Below are positions 1 through 8,927 of a DNA stretch of 64,000 bases, one piece after another. Each line of letters starts with the position of its first letter. The stretch's first letter is position 1. This DNA is from Kiritimatiellia bacterium (GTDB taxonomy: Bacteria > Verrucomicrobiota > Kiritimatiellia > RFP12 > UBA1067). A program made the position numbers and the translations under genes. The notes below the pieces were generated by a model. That model worked only from the letters and a program-made list of their open reading frames with translations, did no database searches and had not been told where the DNA came from. The stretch covers positions 23,500 to 87,499 of the forward strand of contig JBJEWD010000044.1 of assembly GCA_051884875.1 (NCBI GenBank), written 5' to 3'.

Positions 1-434
1 TAGGCCGCGTGCAGGTAGTCGGCGATGTACTGCGAAGGCGTGACGGTAAGATCGCCCGCCGTCATCACCTTCGAATACCAGCCGATGGAGTTCGCGCCGT
101 GCGCGAAGGTAATCCACGGAATGCCCAGGCCTCGGCCCGCCCGGCGGAAAAGCCAGGCCGGCACGCGCGAGTGCGCGCAGACGACGTCGGGGCGCTCCGC
201 CGCCAGAATCCGGCGCAGCCGAGCGGCGCGCGCGAAAAAGGTGAGCGGATTTTTCGATTTCACGTCGCAGGCGATATGCCGCCCGCCGTCTTGCGCAATC
301 TGCCCGGCGAGGCGTCCGCCCGCCGAGACGACGACGTTCTCCCAGCCCGCGCCGACGATGACGCGGTTCATCTCGACGACGCCGCGTTCGACGCCGCCCT
401 GTTCCATCGCGGGCACGAGTTGCAGCGTTTTCAT
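1..434 (-). CDS. Glycosyltransferase family 4 protein, N-terminal part (3' end lies outside the window)
   Basis: Manual reverse translation from the ATG at 434-432 gives MKTLQLVPAMEQGGVERGVVEMNRVIVGAGWENVVVSAGGRL..., the typical GT4 N-terminal Rossmann pattern. Its start overlaps the stop of the upstream acyltransferase as ATGA. Confidence 0.6.
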   Translation of the reverse strand, partial: MKTLQLVPAMEQGGVERGVVEMNRVIVGAGWENVVVSAGGRLAGQIAQDGGRHIACDVKSKNPLTFFARAARLRRILAAERPDVVCAHSRVPAWLFRRAGRGLGIPWITFAHGANSIGWYSKVMTAGDLTVTPSQYIADYLHAA

Positions 435-1384
435 GGCGTCCGCGCCTCCCGTTCCGCGAGCTGTTTCATCTCCGCTTCAGTCGGGGTATGGCGGAAGACG
501 TTGTAGTTCAGCACCCAGCAGCTCGGATGGCGGCGGATGACGCTTTCGAGATCCGCCGCGATGCGCTGGGTCATGCCCCAGAGGTCGCGGGCCTCCGCCG
601 GCGTGTAGGCGCCGATGCAGTCGCAACGGTAGCGCCCGTCCTTGAGCGGACGCGACCAGGCGACGATAATCGGCACCTTGCACTTCGCGGCGAAGAAGGC
701 CGGCGCCGCCGACACGGGCACGGGCCGCCCGAAAAAGCGAATCCAGATGCCGCCGTCTTTCGGGCTCACCGCCTGATCGACCAGGAGTCCGAGCGACTTG
801 CCGTCCCGCAGTCCGCCCATCAGCGCGCGGAAGGCGCCCTCGGCCGGCACGATCTCCTGACCGATCGACATGCGCGCCTTCATCAGCAGCTTCGTCATCC
901 CGTCCGTACCGATCTTCTTCGCGACGGACATCATCGGATGGCCCTCCAGAAACGCCAGCTGCGACATGATCTCCCAGCAGCCGAGGTGTCCCGAAACGGT
1001 CACGGCAGGGCGGTTCGCCTGCAGCCAGGCGCGACCGCGCGCCGACATGACGCCCACCGCCTGTACGCGCCTCCGTGCATGCCGACAGGTCCAGAAGGCG
1101 TGCCCGACCGCCCGCGCCATGTTGCGGTAGCTGCGGCGGATGATTTTCTCCGCATAGGCCGGCCGATGCGCCAGACGGTCGCCGAAGATGACCGCCAGGT
1201 TCTTCATCGCGAGCTTCCGCCCCCGCGTATCGAAGCGGTACATGAGGCGGGAGATGAAATCGCAGACACGGAAGAGCCCCCGATGCGGAAGGTTCGCCAG
1301 CACCAGATACCCAAGTCCCACGCCCAGCCATTCGAACGGACGGCGTAGCGTGCGCATCAGAACCTTGGACGTGCGGCTGCTCAT
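431..1384 (-). CDS. Lipid A biosynthesis / lysophospholipid acyltransferase (LpxL/HtrB family)
   Basis: 317-aa ORF with an N-terminal TM segment and an SGHLGCWE motif (the HxGxWE of LpxL-type acyltransferases). ATGA overlaps at both ends. Confidence 0.75.
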   Translation of the reverse strand: MSSRTSKVLMRTLRRPFEWLGVGLGYLVLANLPHRGLFRVCDFISRLMYRFDTRGRKLAMKNLAVIFGDRLAHRPAYAEKIIRRSYRNMARAVGHAFWTCRHARRRVQAVGVMSARGRAWLQANRPAVTVSGHLGCWEIMSQLAFLEGHPMMSVAKKIGTDGMTKLLMKARMSIGQEIVPAEGAFRALMGGLRDGKSLGLLVDQAVSPKDGGIWIRFFGRPVPVSAAPAFFAAKCKVPIIVAWSRPLKDGRYRCDCIGAYTPAEARDLWGMTQRIAADLESVIRRHPSCWVLNYNVFRHTPTEAEMKQLAEREARTP

Positions 1385-2859
1385 CCGAGTTTGACCTTCC
1401 CCGACGAGGTGCGGGGGAACGGCTCCTTGCGCACCACGACCGTCTTGATGCGCTGGTAGACGGGCAGCGTCTGATTGAGCGCGGCAATTGCCCGACGGGC
1501 CGACGGCTCGGGAATCGACGCGTAGATCTCGGCCCGCACGTCACGCGTCTCGCCCTCGCCCGACACCACCGCCTCCAGAATGCCCGGCAGCTGCTGAAGC
1601 TTCTCCTCCAGTTCCTCCGGCGCAATCTTCTTGCCCGACGAGAGGATGATCGTCCGCGAGGCGCGGCCGGTGATCCAGACGTAGCCGTCTTCGTCGATGC
1701 GGCCGACGTCGCCCGTATGGAACCAGCCGTCGGCATCAATCGCCTGCGCCGTCCGCTCGGGCATCCTGTAATAGCCCTTCATCACGTTCGGCCCGCGCAC
1801 CAGCAGTTCGCCCGACGCCGACACCTTCGTCTCGACTTCGGGGAGCTGCGAGACGCGCCCGGCGCTGCAGATATGCGGCGGATCGTCGCGGAAAGCCATC
1901 GCATAGCAGGCCGCCGTCTCGGTGAGCCCGTAGCCGCTGATCGTCTTGATACCCAGCGCCGTCAACTTCTCATACGTGCGCCGCGACAGCGAGGCGCCGC
2001 CCGTCAGGATCCAGTCGATCGGCTGTCCGAACGCCTCTTCGGCACTCGGGCACTTGAGCGCGATCTTGTTCGCCAGGATGTCGGCGAGAGCCGGTACGAG
2101 GAAGGCGAAGTTCACGCGGAAACGTTCGAAGGCGTCGTAGATGCGGCGGAAGTCGGTGCAGACGCCGAGCCCCACGCCGTTCGCCAGCATCGTATAGGTC
2201 GCGCAGATGCCGAAGATGTGGTGCAGGGGCAGCATCATCAGCGAACGCTCGCCCGGCGTCATCGGCAGCGCCCGCGACGTCGATTCCACAAACGTCTCGA
2301 TGGCCTTGAGCGTCAGCTCCACGCCGCGCGGTTCGGAAGTCGTACCGCTCGTAAAGACGATCGTCGCGGTATGCGACAGGGCCTCGGGCACCTCGTCCCG
2401 CTCCCAAAGCGTCTTGACGCCGACTTTGAAGGCCGTTTTCGCGGCCAGCAGCACGACATCCGTCTTGCGCGTGCCGAAGCCCCCCGTCGCGAGGCCCGGC
2501 GTCAGCCGCCCGACGGCGTGCGCCTTGTCGGCGTAGAGCGACGAATGGATGAGCGCGACCGCGCCAACGCGCACGAGCCGGCGCGAGATCTCCTCGGGCG
2601 TGAGATTCGGATCGACGGGCACGACCGTGCCGCCGCGGAAGAGGATCGCCGCGTGCACCACCATCCAGTCGTAGCTGTTCTCGCCAAGCACGGCGACGAC
2701 GCCCTTCGGCGCATAGGTATCGACGATCCAGGCGACGAGCGCGATGTCATCGGTGAAACGCTTCCAGCTGACCGGGAAGTAGCGGTCGCCGGAAGGGATG
2801 AGGAAAGCCTCGCCATCCGGGCGTTCCTGACGATTGCGCTTAAAGGCCTCAAACAGCAT
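1381..2859 (-). CDS. AMP-dependent synthetase/ligase (long-chain fatty acid-CoA/ACP ligase-like)
   Basis: Motifs FTSGTTSEPRGV, GYGLTE and WFHTGDVGRIDEDGYVWITGR. I chose the start MLFEAF at 2859, which follows GGAGGAGGA. The ORF-track N-terminal extension to 2979 was rejected. Confidence 0.85.
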   Translation of the reverse strand: MLFEAFKRNRQERPDGEAFLIPSGDRYFPVSWKRFTDDIALVAWIVDTYAPKGVVAVLGENSYDWMVVHAAILFRGGTVVPVDPNLTPEEISRRLVRVGAVALIHSSLYADKAHAVGRLTPGLATGGFGTRKTDVVLLAAKTAFKVGVKTLWERDEVPEALSHTATIVFTSGTTSEPRGVELTLKAIETFVESTSRALPMTPGERSLMMLPLHHIFGICATYTMLANGVGLGVCTDFRRIYDAFERFRVNFAFLVPALADILANKIALKCPSAEEAFGQPIDWILTGGASLSRRTYEKLTALGIKTISGYGLTETAACYAMAFRDDPPHICSAGRVSQLPEVETKVSASGELLVRGPNVMKGYYRMPERTAQAIDADGWFHTGDVGRIDEDGYVWITGRASRTIILSSGKKIAPEELEEKLQQLPGILEAVVSGEGETRDVRAEIYASIPEPSARRAIAALNQTLPVYQRIKTVVVRKEPFPRTSSGKVKLG

Positions 2860-2887
2860 GGGCTCCTCCTCCTGATCCTGAACCGCC

Positions 2888-3568
2888 TTAGTGCCGGTCG
2901 TACGTCCCGGCGACTTCTTCCCAAGTGCGCGCCGTAAAGAACTTCGCGATCGCCGCGTCATACTCGGCGGTGTGCGCAAAGGCCTTCTTCATCAGCTTGA
3001 AGCGGGTGTCCAGCCCCAATGTGCCGCCGTGCGCCGCGAGTTCCTGCGCGATGTTCGCGTAGTCGAGCGGATCGGTGACGGAGGCGACGCGGAGGTAGTT
3101 CTTCGCGGAGGCGCGGACCATGCAAGGGCCGCCGATGTCGATGTTCGTACGCGCCATCTCGGGCGTCACGCCCGCCTTCGCCACCGTTTCACGGAACGGA
3201 TAGAGATTCACGACGACCATGTCGATCGCCTGCGCAGCGAGCCGCCTGATATCCGCCTGATGAGCCGCGTTGTACGTTTCGGACAGGATGCCCAGGTAGA
3301 TTTTGAAGTCAAGCGTCTTGACGAGACCGCCCTGCATCTCGGGCTGGCCCGTGTAGTCGGAGACCGCCACGAGCGTTCCTCCGGCCTGGTCGCCCAGAAT
3401 CTCCCTGACCTTCGTATAGGTGCCTCCCGTCGAGTAGATCCTGACCCCGGGGCATGCCTTCACAAGCGCCGGGACGAACGTCTCCAGCCCCGTCTTGTCG
3501 CTCACACTCATGAGCACGTTCTTGACGGCAACGCGATTGTCGATCTCAGTGACGATATTCAGCGACAT
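2888..3568 (-). CDS. Stand-alone IMP cyclohydrolase domain protein (PurH N-terminal/MGS-like domain only)
   Basis: VLMSVSDKTGLETF, YSTGGT, VVVNLYPF and NIDIGGPCMVRASAKN match the IMPCH half of PurH. At 226 aa it has no AICAR transformylase half. Confidence 0.7.
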   Translation of the reverse strand: MSLNIVTEIDNRVAVKNVLMSVSDKTGLETFVPALVKACPGVRIYSTGGTYTKVREILGDQAGGTLVAVSDYTGQPEMQGGLVKTLDFKIYLGILSETYNAAHQADIRRLAAQAIDMVVVNLYPFRETVAKAGVTPEMARTNIDIGGPCMVRASAKNYLRVASVTDPLDYANIAQELAAHGGTLGLDTRFKLMKKAFAHTAEYDAAIAKFFTARTWEEVAGTYDRH

Positions 3569-3850
3569 GAACTCTCCTTGGTTTGAAGTTTATGTCATAT
3601 TGTATCATATTCTCGGTGAACTTCACAGAAAGACCGCTACGCGGACGGCGCGGCGGATCGATTCGACGGCGCGGCGGACCGCACGGGAGCGCGGCGGGCA
3701 TCCGCCCGTGTAAACACCTGCGGCGGCATCTTTACATCCGCTGGAACAAATGCCCGGAAGCTACGTCCCCAATGGCGTTTGGCACGGCTGTGCTTTGGGT
3801 TCCGCGTCCGCCGGAAACGGACGCATCAACACAACACAAGGAAGCAGAAA

Positions 3851-4948
3851 ATGAAGGCAATGACCACGAGAGAGTTCCTGAAATCGGCCTGCGCGGGAGC
3901 CGTAGGCGTAGCCACGGCGGGGATGCTCGCCGGCTGCGACGACAAGAAGAGTCCGCTGGATAAGGGCGTGACGATTCCGCAGACCCACAAGATGATCAAG
4001 TGGCGCTTCCAGACCTATGCCGGCACGGCCCTCGCGCAGCATGTCTGCAAGCCCGCGATCGACGCGTTCAACAAGGTCGCCGGCAACCGCATGCACATCG
4101 ATCTCTACTATGCCGACCAGCTCGTGCCGACGTCGGAGCTCTTCAGCGCCCTGCAGGCGGGCACGATCGACGGCGTGCAGTCCGATGACGACTCGATGTC
4201 GTCCGCAGCCGATGTGCGCGTCTTCGGCGGCTACTTCCCGTTCGCCTCGCGCTACTCGCTCGACGTCCCCGTCCTCTTCGCACAGTACGGCCTCGACAAG
4301 ATCTGGGCCGAGTCGTATAAGGAGGCCTCGGGCGGCAAGGTGACGTGGCTCTCGGCCGGCTCGTGGGATCCCTGCCACTTCGCGACGAAGAAGCCGATCA
4401 ACCACCTTGAGGACCTCAAGGGGCTGAAGGTCTACACCTTCCCGACGGCAGGCAGGTTCCTCTCGCAGTTCGGCGTCGTGCCCGTCACGCTCCCCTACGA
4501 GGATGCGGAGATGGCGCTCAGGACCGGCACGCTCGACGGCGTCGCGTGGTCGGGCATCACCGAGGACTACACGGTCGGCTGGGCCGATGCCTGCAAGTAC
4601 TTCCTCACGAACTCCCTCTCCGGCGCCTGGATCGGCTCCTATTTCGCCAATACCGAAAGCTGGGCGGCGGTTCCCGATGACCTCAAGGCCCTGTTCAAGC
4701 TCTCGATGGACTCCTCGCACTACTACCGGCAGTACTGGTACTGGGGCGGTGAAGCGGATCTCCGCGTCAACGGCGGCAAGCTCGCGCTCTGCTCGATTCC
4801 CGATGCGGAGTGGAAGACGGTCGAGGAGAAGGCCGTGCCCTTCTGGGAGGAAATCGCGAAGAGTTCGCCGCGCGCCCAGGCCGTGGTCGAGATCTTCCGC
4901 AAGTACAATGCCGTGATGGCGAAGGCCGGCAAACCCTATCGGTACTGA
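3851..4948 (+). CDS. TRAP transporter substrate-binding protein (DctP family), predicted lipoprotein/Tat-like signal
   Basis: Start MKAMTTREFLKSACAGAVGVATAGMLAGC follows AAGGAAG. DctP-like core LKGLKVYTFPTAG...GVVPVTLPYEDAEMALRTGTLDGVAWSG. Followed by DctQ and DctM. Confidence 0.85.
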   Translation: MKAMTTREFLKSACAGAVGVATAGMLAGCDDKKSPLDKGVTIPQTHKMIKWRFQTYAGTALAQHVCKPAIDAFNKVAGNRMHIDLYYADQLVPTSELFSALQAGTIDGVQSDDDSMSSAADVRVFGGYFPFASRYSLDVPVLFAQYGLDKIWAESYKEASGGKVTWLSAGSWDPCHFATKKPINHLEDLKGLKVYTFPTAGRFLSQFGVVPVTLPYEDAEMALRTGTLDGVAWSGITEDYTVGWADACKYFLTNSLSGAWIGSYFANTESWAAVPDDLKALFKLSMDSSHYYRQYWYWGGEADLRVNGGKLALCSIPDAEWKTVEEKAVPFWEEIAKSSPRAQAVVEIFRKYNAVMAKAGKPYRY

Positions 4949-4951
4949 TAA

Positions 4952-6109
4952 ATGAACGCCTTGAAAGCGTATGTGCGCGGTGTCGAGTCCCTGGTGAGGG
5001 GTCTCGGCATCGCCGCCATGTATCTCCTCCTGGTGATACTCGCGGTGCTGATGTTCCCCGTGTTTGCGCGCGGCGGCGAGATCAGCACCATCTGGACGCT
5101 CGAGACGGCGCAGTTCGCCGTCGGCGCCTACTACATCCTCGGCGCGGGGTGGTCTCTGCAGCAGGGCGCGCACGTACGGATGGACTTCCTCTACGCGAAC
5201 TGGAAGCCGCGGACGAAGGCGATCATCGACGCGGTCACCTCGTTCTTCGTCCTTTTCTATCTCGTCATCATGCTCCTCGGGGGATGGGACAGCTGCGCCT
5301 ACGCCGTGGTCGCCAGGCAGATCAACCACACGGTCTGGGCGCCCTACATGGCCCCGATCAAGATCGCGATGGAAATCGGCATCTTCTTCATGTTCCTGCA
5401 GATGACCGCCGAGTTCGTCAGGTCTCTCCTCATCGTCTGCCGGAAGCCGGTCGAGACGCCCGACCCCGAACGCGAGGAGGCGCAGCTCTACGCGGGGCGC
5501 ACGCGGCGCCGGACCTACTGGAAGACCGTCGCCGTCTGCGCCGCCGTCGGCGCGCTCGGCGCGGCGCTCCTCGTCGCGGGGATTCCGCGCGTGACGGGCG
5601 AAGGCGGTTTCGGGCTGCTCCTCGCGATCATCGGCGGGTTCCTCGCGGTGGCCGCGCCGGTCGCGGCAATTCCCGCCACCGTCCGCCGCTTCCACGATCT
5701 CGATATGTCCGGCTGGTGGGCCGTTGGATTCGGTCTCTTCGCGCTCGTCCCGGGACTCGGCGTCTTCACGCTGATCGCCGGGGCGATCCTGCTCGCCCAG
5801 GACGGCGCACCGGGCACGACGGGCTTCGGCCCCGACCCGAAGGGCCGCGATCTCATCCGGCTCTTCGACCCGCGCATCCCCAAGAAACCCGCGCCAATCC
5901 CCGAGGTCCCCGTCCCGGCCGAGCCGGACGCCCCGCGCACCTACTGGACGCCCTACCTCGTTTTCGCGACCGTCGGCGCGACGCTCCTCGCCGGCGGCTT
6001 CGCGCTGGCGTGCGCGTGCTCGAACCCGACCTGGTTCGTGCTGGGATGCCTGGCGTTCCTCGTTTCGCTGCTTTTCCTGATTAGAGGTGCCCTATGCACG
6101 AATCGATGA
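4952..6109 (+). CDS. TRAP small permease (DctQ) fused to a C-terminal DUF805-like membrane domain
   Basis: Residues 1 to about 165 look like a four-TM DctQ. Residues about 178-300 carry GRTRRRTYW...RRFHDLDMSGWWAVGF...GFGPDP, the DUF805 signature. Overlaps dctM by 16 nt. Confidence 0.75.
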   Translation: MNALKAYVRGVESLVRGLGIAAMYLLLVILAVLMFPVFARGGEISTIWTLETAQFAVGAYYILGAGWSLQQGAHVRMDFLYANWKPRTKAIIDAVTSFFVLFYLVIMLLGGWDSCAYAVVARQINHTVWAPYMAPIKIAMEIGIFFMFLQMTAEFVRSLLIVCRKPVETPDPEREEAQLYAGRTRRRTYWKTVAVCAAVGALGAALLVAGIPRVTGEGGFGLLLAIIGGFLAVAAPVAAIPATVRRFHDLDMSGWWAVGFGLFALVPGLGVFTLIAGAILLAQDGAPGTTGFGPDPKGRDLIRLFDPRIPKKPAPIPEVPVPAEPDAPRTYWTPYLVFATVGATLLAGGFALACACSNPTWFVLGCLAFLVSLLFLIRGALCTNR

Positions 6110-7536
6110 CGCTGATCGAGTTTCTCCAGGCGAGTCCGGGGATCATCATCTTCCTGATGTTCTCCCTGCTGATGGCCCTGATGCTGACCGGGCAGCGCGT
6201 GTTCGGCGTAATGGGCTTCATCGGCGTCGTCTTCGCGCTCGTGTTCATCGACCGCGGGGCTTTGGGCTACGGGTTCAACGCGGCCATCAAGCTCTTCAAC
6301 TGGTACCCGATGCTGACGCTGCCGATGTTCGTCTTCATGGGCTTCATGCTCTCCGAATCGGGCATCGCCAACGACATGTACCACATGTTCCACGTGTGGT
6401 TCGGCGGCCTCAGGGGCGGTCTCGCCGTGGGCACCCTCCTGGTCATGATCATGATCTCGTGCATGAACGGCCTCTCGGTCGCGGGCATGGCGATCGGCTG
6501 TTCGGTGGCTCTGCCGGAGCTTCTGAAGCGCAACTACGACAAGCGCATGATCTCGGGCGTGATCCAGGCGGGGTCGAGTCTCGGCATCCTCTTCCCGCCG
6601 TCGATCGTGCTCGTCCTCTACGGCATGATCGCGCGCGAACAGGTAAAGGACCTCTGGCTCGCCGGCATCGGCCCCGCGCTCCTCCTCTCGCTCCTCTTCT
6701 TCGGCTACGTCGTCATCCGCTGCCGGATCAATCCGCGGCTCGGGCCGATTCTGCCGAAGGAGCAGCGCAACTTCAGCTGGAGCGAAAAGCTCAAGGTGCT
6801 GCGCGCGGGCATCCTGCCGATCATCCTGGTGCTCTCCGTCATCGGATCGTTCTTCTCGGGTCTTACGTCACTTGAGGAAAGCTCGGCCGTGGGCGCGCTC
6901 GCGGCGTTCCTGATCGCGCTTTTCAAGAAGCGCCTGACGGTGAAGGTCTTCACCAGGACCCTCCGGGAGACGCTGAACAACTCGGCGATGTTCCTCTGGA
7001 TCATGATGGCCGCGCTGTCGTTCTCGGCGGTGTTCGATTCGCTGCACGCGGTTGACGTCCTGAAGGAGTTCTTCACCGGCGATCTCGGGCTGAGCCCGTG
7101 GTGCATCCTCTTCATGATGCAGCTCGCGTTCATCATCCTCGGCATCTTCCTGGACGATACGGCGATGCTCATCATCGTGGCGCCCCTCTTCATCCCGCTC
7201 GTGAAGGAACTCGGGTTCAGCCCGGTCTGGTTCGGCGTCCTCTACACGATAACCTGCCAGATCGCCTACATCACCCCGCCGTTCGGCTACAACCTCTTCA
7301 TGATGCGCGCGATGAGCCCGGATTCGATCACGATCAAGGACATCTACTCTTCGATCATCCCCTTCCTCATCCTGATGGTCGTCGCGATCGCCCTGATCAT
7401 GGTCTTCCCGGACATCGCGCTCTGGTTCCCCGACTACGTGAACGGCAAGGCCCTCGGGCCCGTGGACTGGCTGATCACGCACTGCGGCTGGTTCAGGACG
7501 CTGAGCGAAACCGCGTTCCACTACACGCTGCCATGA
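6094..7536 (+). CDS. dctM: TRAP transporter large permease (DctM)
   Basis: 480-aa polytopic membrane protein of typical DctM composition and length, immediately after DctQ. Its stop overlaps the eutB start as ATGA. Confidence 0.9.
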   Translation: MHESMTLIEFLQASPGIIIFLMFSLLMALMLTGQRVFGVMGFIGVVFALVFIDRGALGYGFNAAIKLFNWYPMLTLPMFVFMGFMLSESGIANDMYHMFHVWFGGLRGGLAVGTLLVMIMISCMNGLSVAGMAIGCSVALPELLKRNYDKRMISGVIQAGSSLGILFPPSIVLVLYGMIAREQVKDLWLAGIGPALLLSLLFFGYVVIRCRINPRLGPILPKEQRNFSWSEKLKVLRAGILPIILVLSVIGSFFSGLTSLEESSAVGALAAFLIALFKKRLTVKVFTRTLRETLNNSAMFLWIMMAALSFSAVFDSLHAVDVLKEFFTGDLGLSPWCILFMMQLAFIILGIFLDDTAMLIIVAPLFIPLVKELGFSPVWFGVLYTITCQIAYITPPFGYNLFMMRAMSPDSITIKDIYSSIIPFLILMVVAIALIMVFPDIALWFPDYVNGKALGPVDWLITHCGWFRTLSETAFHYTLP

Positions 7537-8927
7537 AGCCGATTACCCTTGAAGTCGCCGGACGGCACTGGACCTTCAGTTCCCTCAGGGATCTGATGGG
7601 GAAGGCTTCGCCCCTGCGCTCGGGCGACGTCACCGCCGGCTGCGCGGCGAGCTGCTACGAGGAACGCGTCGCCGCGCAGATGGTGCTTGCGGACATTCCC
7701 CTCCGGGCCTTCCTCGACGAACCGCTCATCCCCTACGAGGCGGACGAGGTGACGCGGCTGATCGTCGATACGCACGACGCCGCGGCATTCGCGCCGGTGA
7801 AGGACATGACCGTCGGCGCCTTCCGCGACTGGCTGCTCCGCTACGAGACGGACCACACGGTTCTTTCCGCCCTCGCCCCCGGCCTGACGCCGGAGATGGT
7901 CGCCGCCGTCTCGAAGATCTGCTCCAACCAGGACCTCATCCTCATCGCCGCGAAATGCCGCGTCGTCACCGCCTTCCGCGACACGATCGGTCTGCCTGGA
8001 CGCCTCTCGACGCGCCTGCAGCCGAACCACGCGACGGACGACCTCAAGGGCATCGCCGCCTCCATGCTGGAAGGCCTTCTCTACGGCTGCGGCGACGCGG
8101 TGATCGGCATCAATCCGGCGACGGACTCCGTGCCCATGATGCAAGACCTCCTCAAGCTCATCGACGAGCTCATCCACCGCTACCGCATTCCGACCCAGAG
8201 CTGCGTGCTCGCGCACGTCACGAACGCCCTTGAGGTCATGCGCGCGGGGACGCCCGTCGACCTCGTCTTCCAGTCCATCGCCGGCACGGAGATCGCCAAC
8301 AAGGTCTTCGGCGTCAACCTCGGCATCCTGGAGGAGGCCTACGACGCGGCGGTCTCGCTCAAGCGCGGCACCGTGGGGCAGAACGTCATGTACTTCGAGA
8401 CCGGACAGGGCAGCGCCCTGTCGGGACGCGGCGACTGGGGCGTCGACATGCAGACCTGCGAGGCGCGCGCCTACGCCGTCGCCCGCAGGTTCAAGCCGCT
8501 CCTCGTCAACACCGTCGTCGGCTTCATCGGCCCCGAATACCTCTACGACGGCAAGCAGATCATCCGCGCCGGGCTCGAGGACCACTTCTGCGGCAAGCTC
8601 CTGGGCCTTCCGATGGGCTGCGACATCTGCTATACCAACCACGCCGAGGCCGACCAGAACGACATGGACGTCCTCATGACCTGCTTCGCCGCGGCAGGGC
8701 TTACCTACCAGATGGCGATTCCCGGCGGCGACGACATCATGCTCGGCTACCAGACGACGAGCTACCACGACATCCACTACGTCCGACAGGTCTTCGGCAA
8801 GCGTCCCGCACCCGAGTTCGAATCGTGGCTCGAGGACATGGATCTCGTCGACGCCCATCAGCATCTCATTTCCCACAAAGGAGGCGACCATGCTCTTATC
8901 GGCTACCAACGCGGCCTTGTCGGCTGA
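7533..8927 (+). CDS. eutB: Ethanolamine ammonia-lyase large subunit
   Basis: SPLRSGDVTAGCAA, ERVAAQMVLADIPLRAFL, IPYEADEVTRLI and overall length of about 464 aa match EutB. Start MKPITLEV at 7533; the upstream part of the ORF-track frame was rejected. Confidence 0.93.
   Translation: MKPITLEVAGRHWTFSSLRDLMGKASPLRSGDVTAGCAASCYEERVAAQMVLADIPLRAFLDEPLIPYEADEVTRLIVDTHDAAAFAPVKDMTVGAFRDWLLRYETDHTVLSALAPGLTPEMVAAVSKICSNQDLILIAAKCRVVTAFRDTIGLPGRLSTRLQPNHATDDLKGIAASMLEGLLYGCGDAVIGINPATDSVPMMQDLLKLIDELIHRYRIPTQSCVLAHVTNALEVMRAGTPVDLVFQSIAGTEIANKVFGVNLGILEEAYDAAVSLKRGTVGQNVMYFETGQGSALSGRGDWGVDMQTCEARAYAVARRFKPLLVNTVVGFIGPEYLYDGKQIIRAGLEDHFCGKLLGLPMGCDICYTNHAEADQNDMDVLMTCFAAAGLTYQMAIPGGDDIMLGYQTTSYHDIHYVRQVFGKRPAPEFESWLEDMDLVDAHQHLISHKGGDHALIGYQRGLVG

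Noticed and set aside
3569-3780. ZTP (pfl) riboswitch expected upstream of a purH-like gene.
   Set aside because: The minus-strand leader shows none of the conserved GGGUCGUGA...CCGCCUGGGCA-type elements.
3779-3797. Possible sigma-54 promoter TTGGCACGGCTGTGCTT upstream of the TRAP operon.
   Set aside because: The GG-to-GC spacing is 9 nt rather than the canonical 10, and no enhancer-binding protein gene is nearby. It is kept only as a weak possibility.
3761-5695. Long antisense or alternative-frame ORFs throughout the window, for example 3761-5695(-), 7521-9140(-), 8896-10218(-), 11318-13243(+), 25952-28129(-), 30150-32804(+), 32808-35420(+), 38829-41456(+), 50986-54327(+) and 55235-58108(+).
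   Set aside because: They are Arg/Ala/Gly/Pro-rich with no recognisable motifs, and they lie exactly opposite or out of frame to genes that have strong family motifs. This is the typical shadow-ORF pattern of high-GC DNA.
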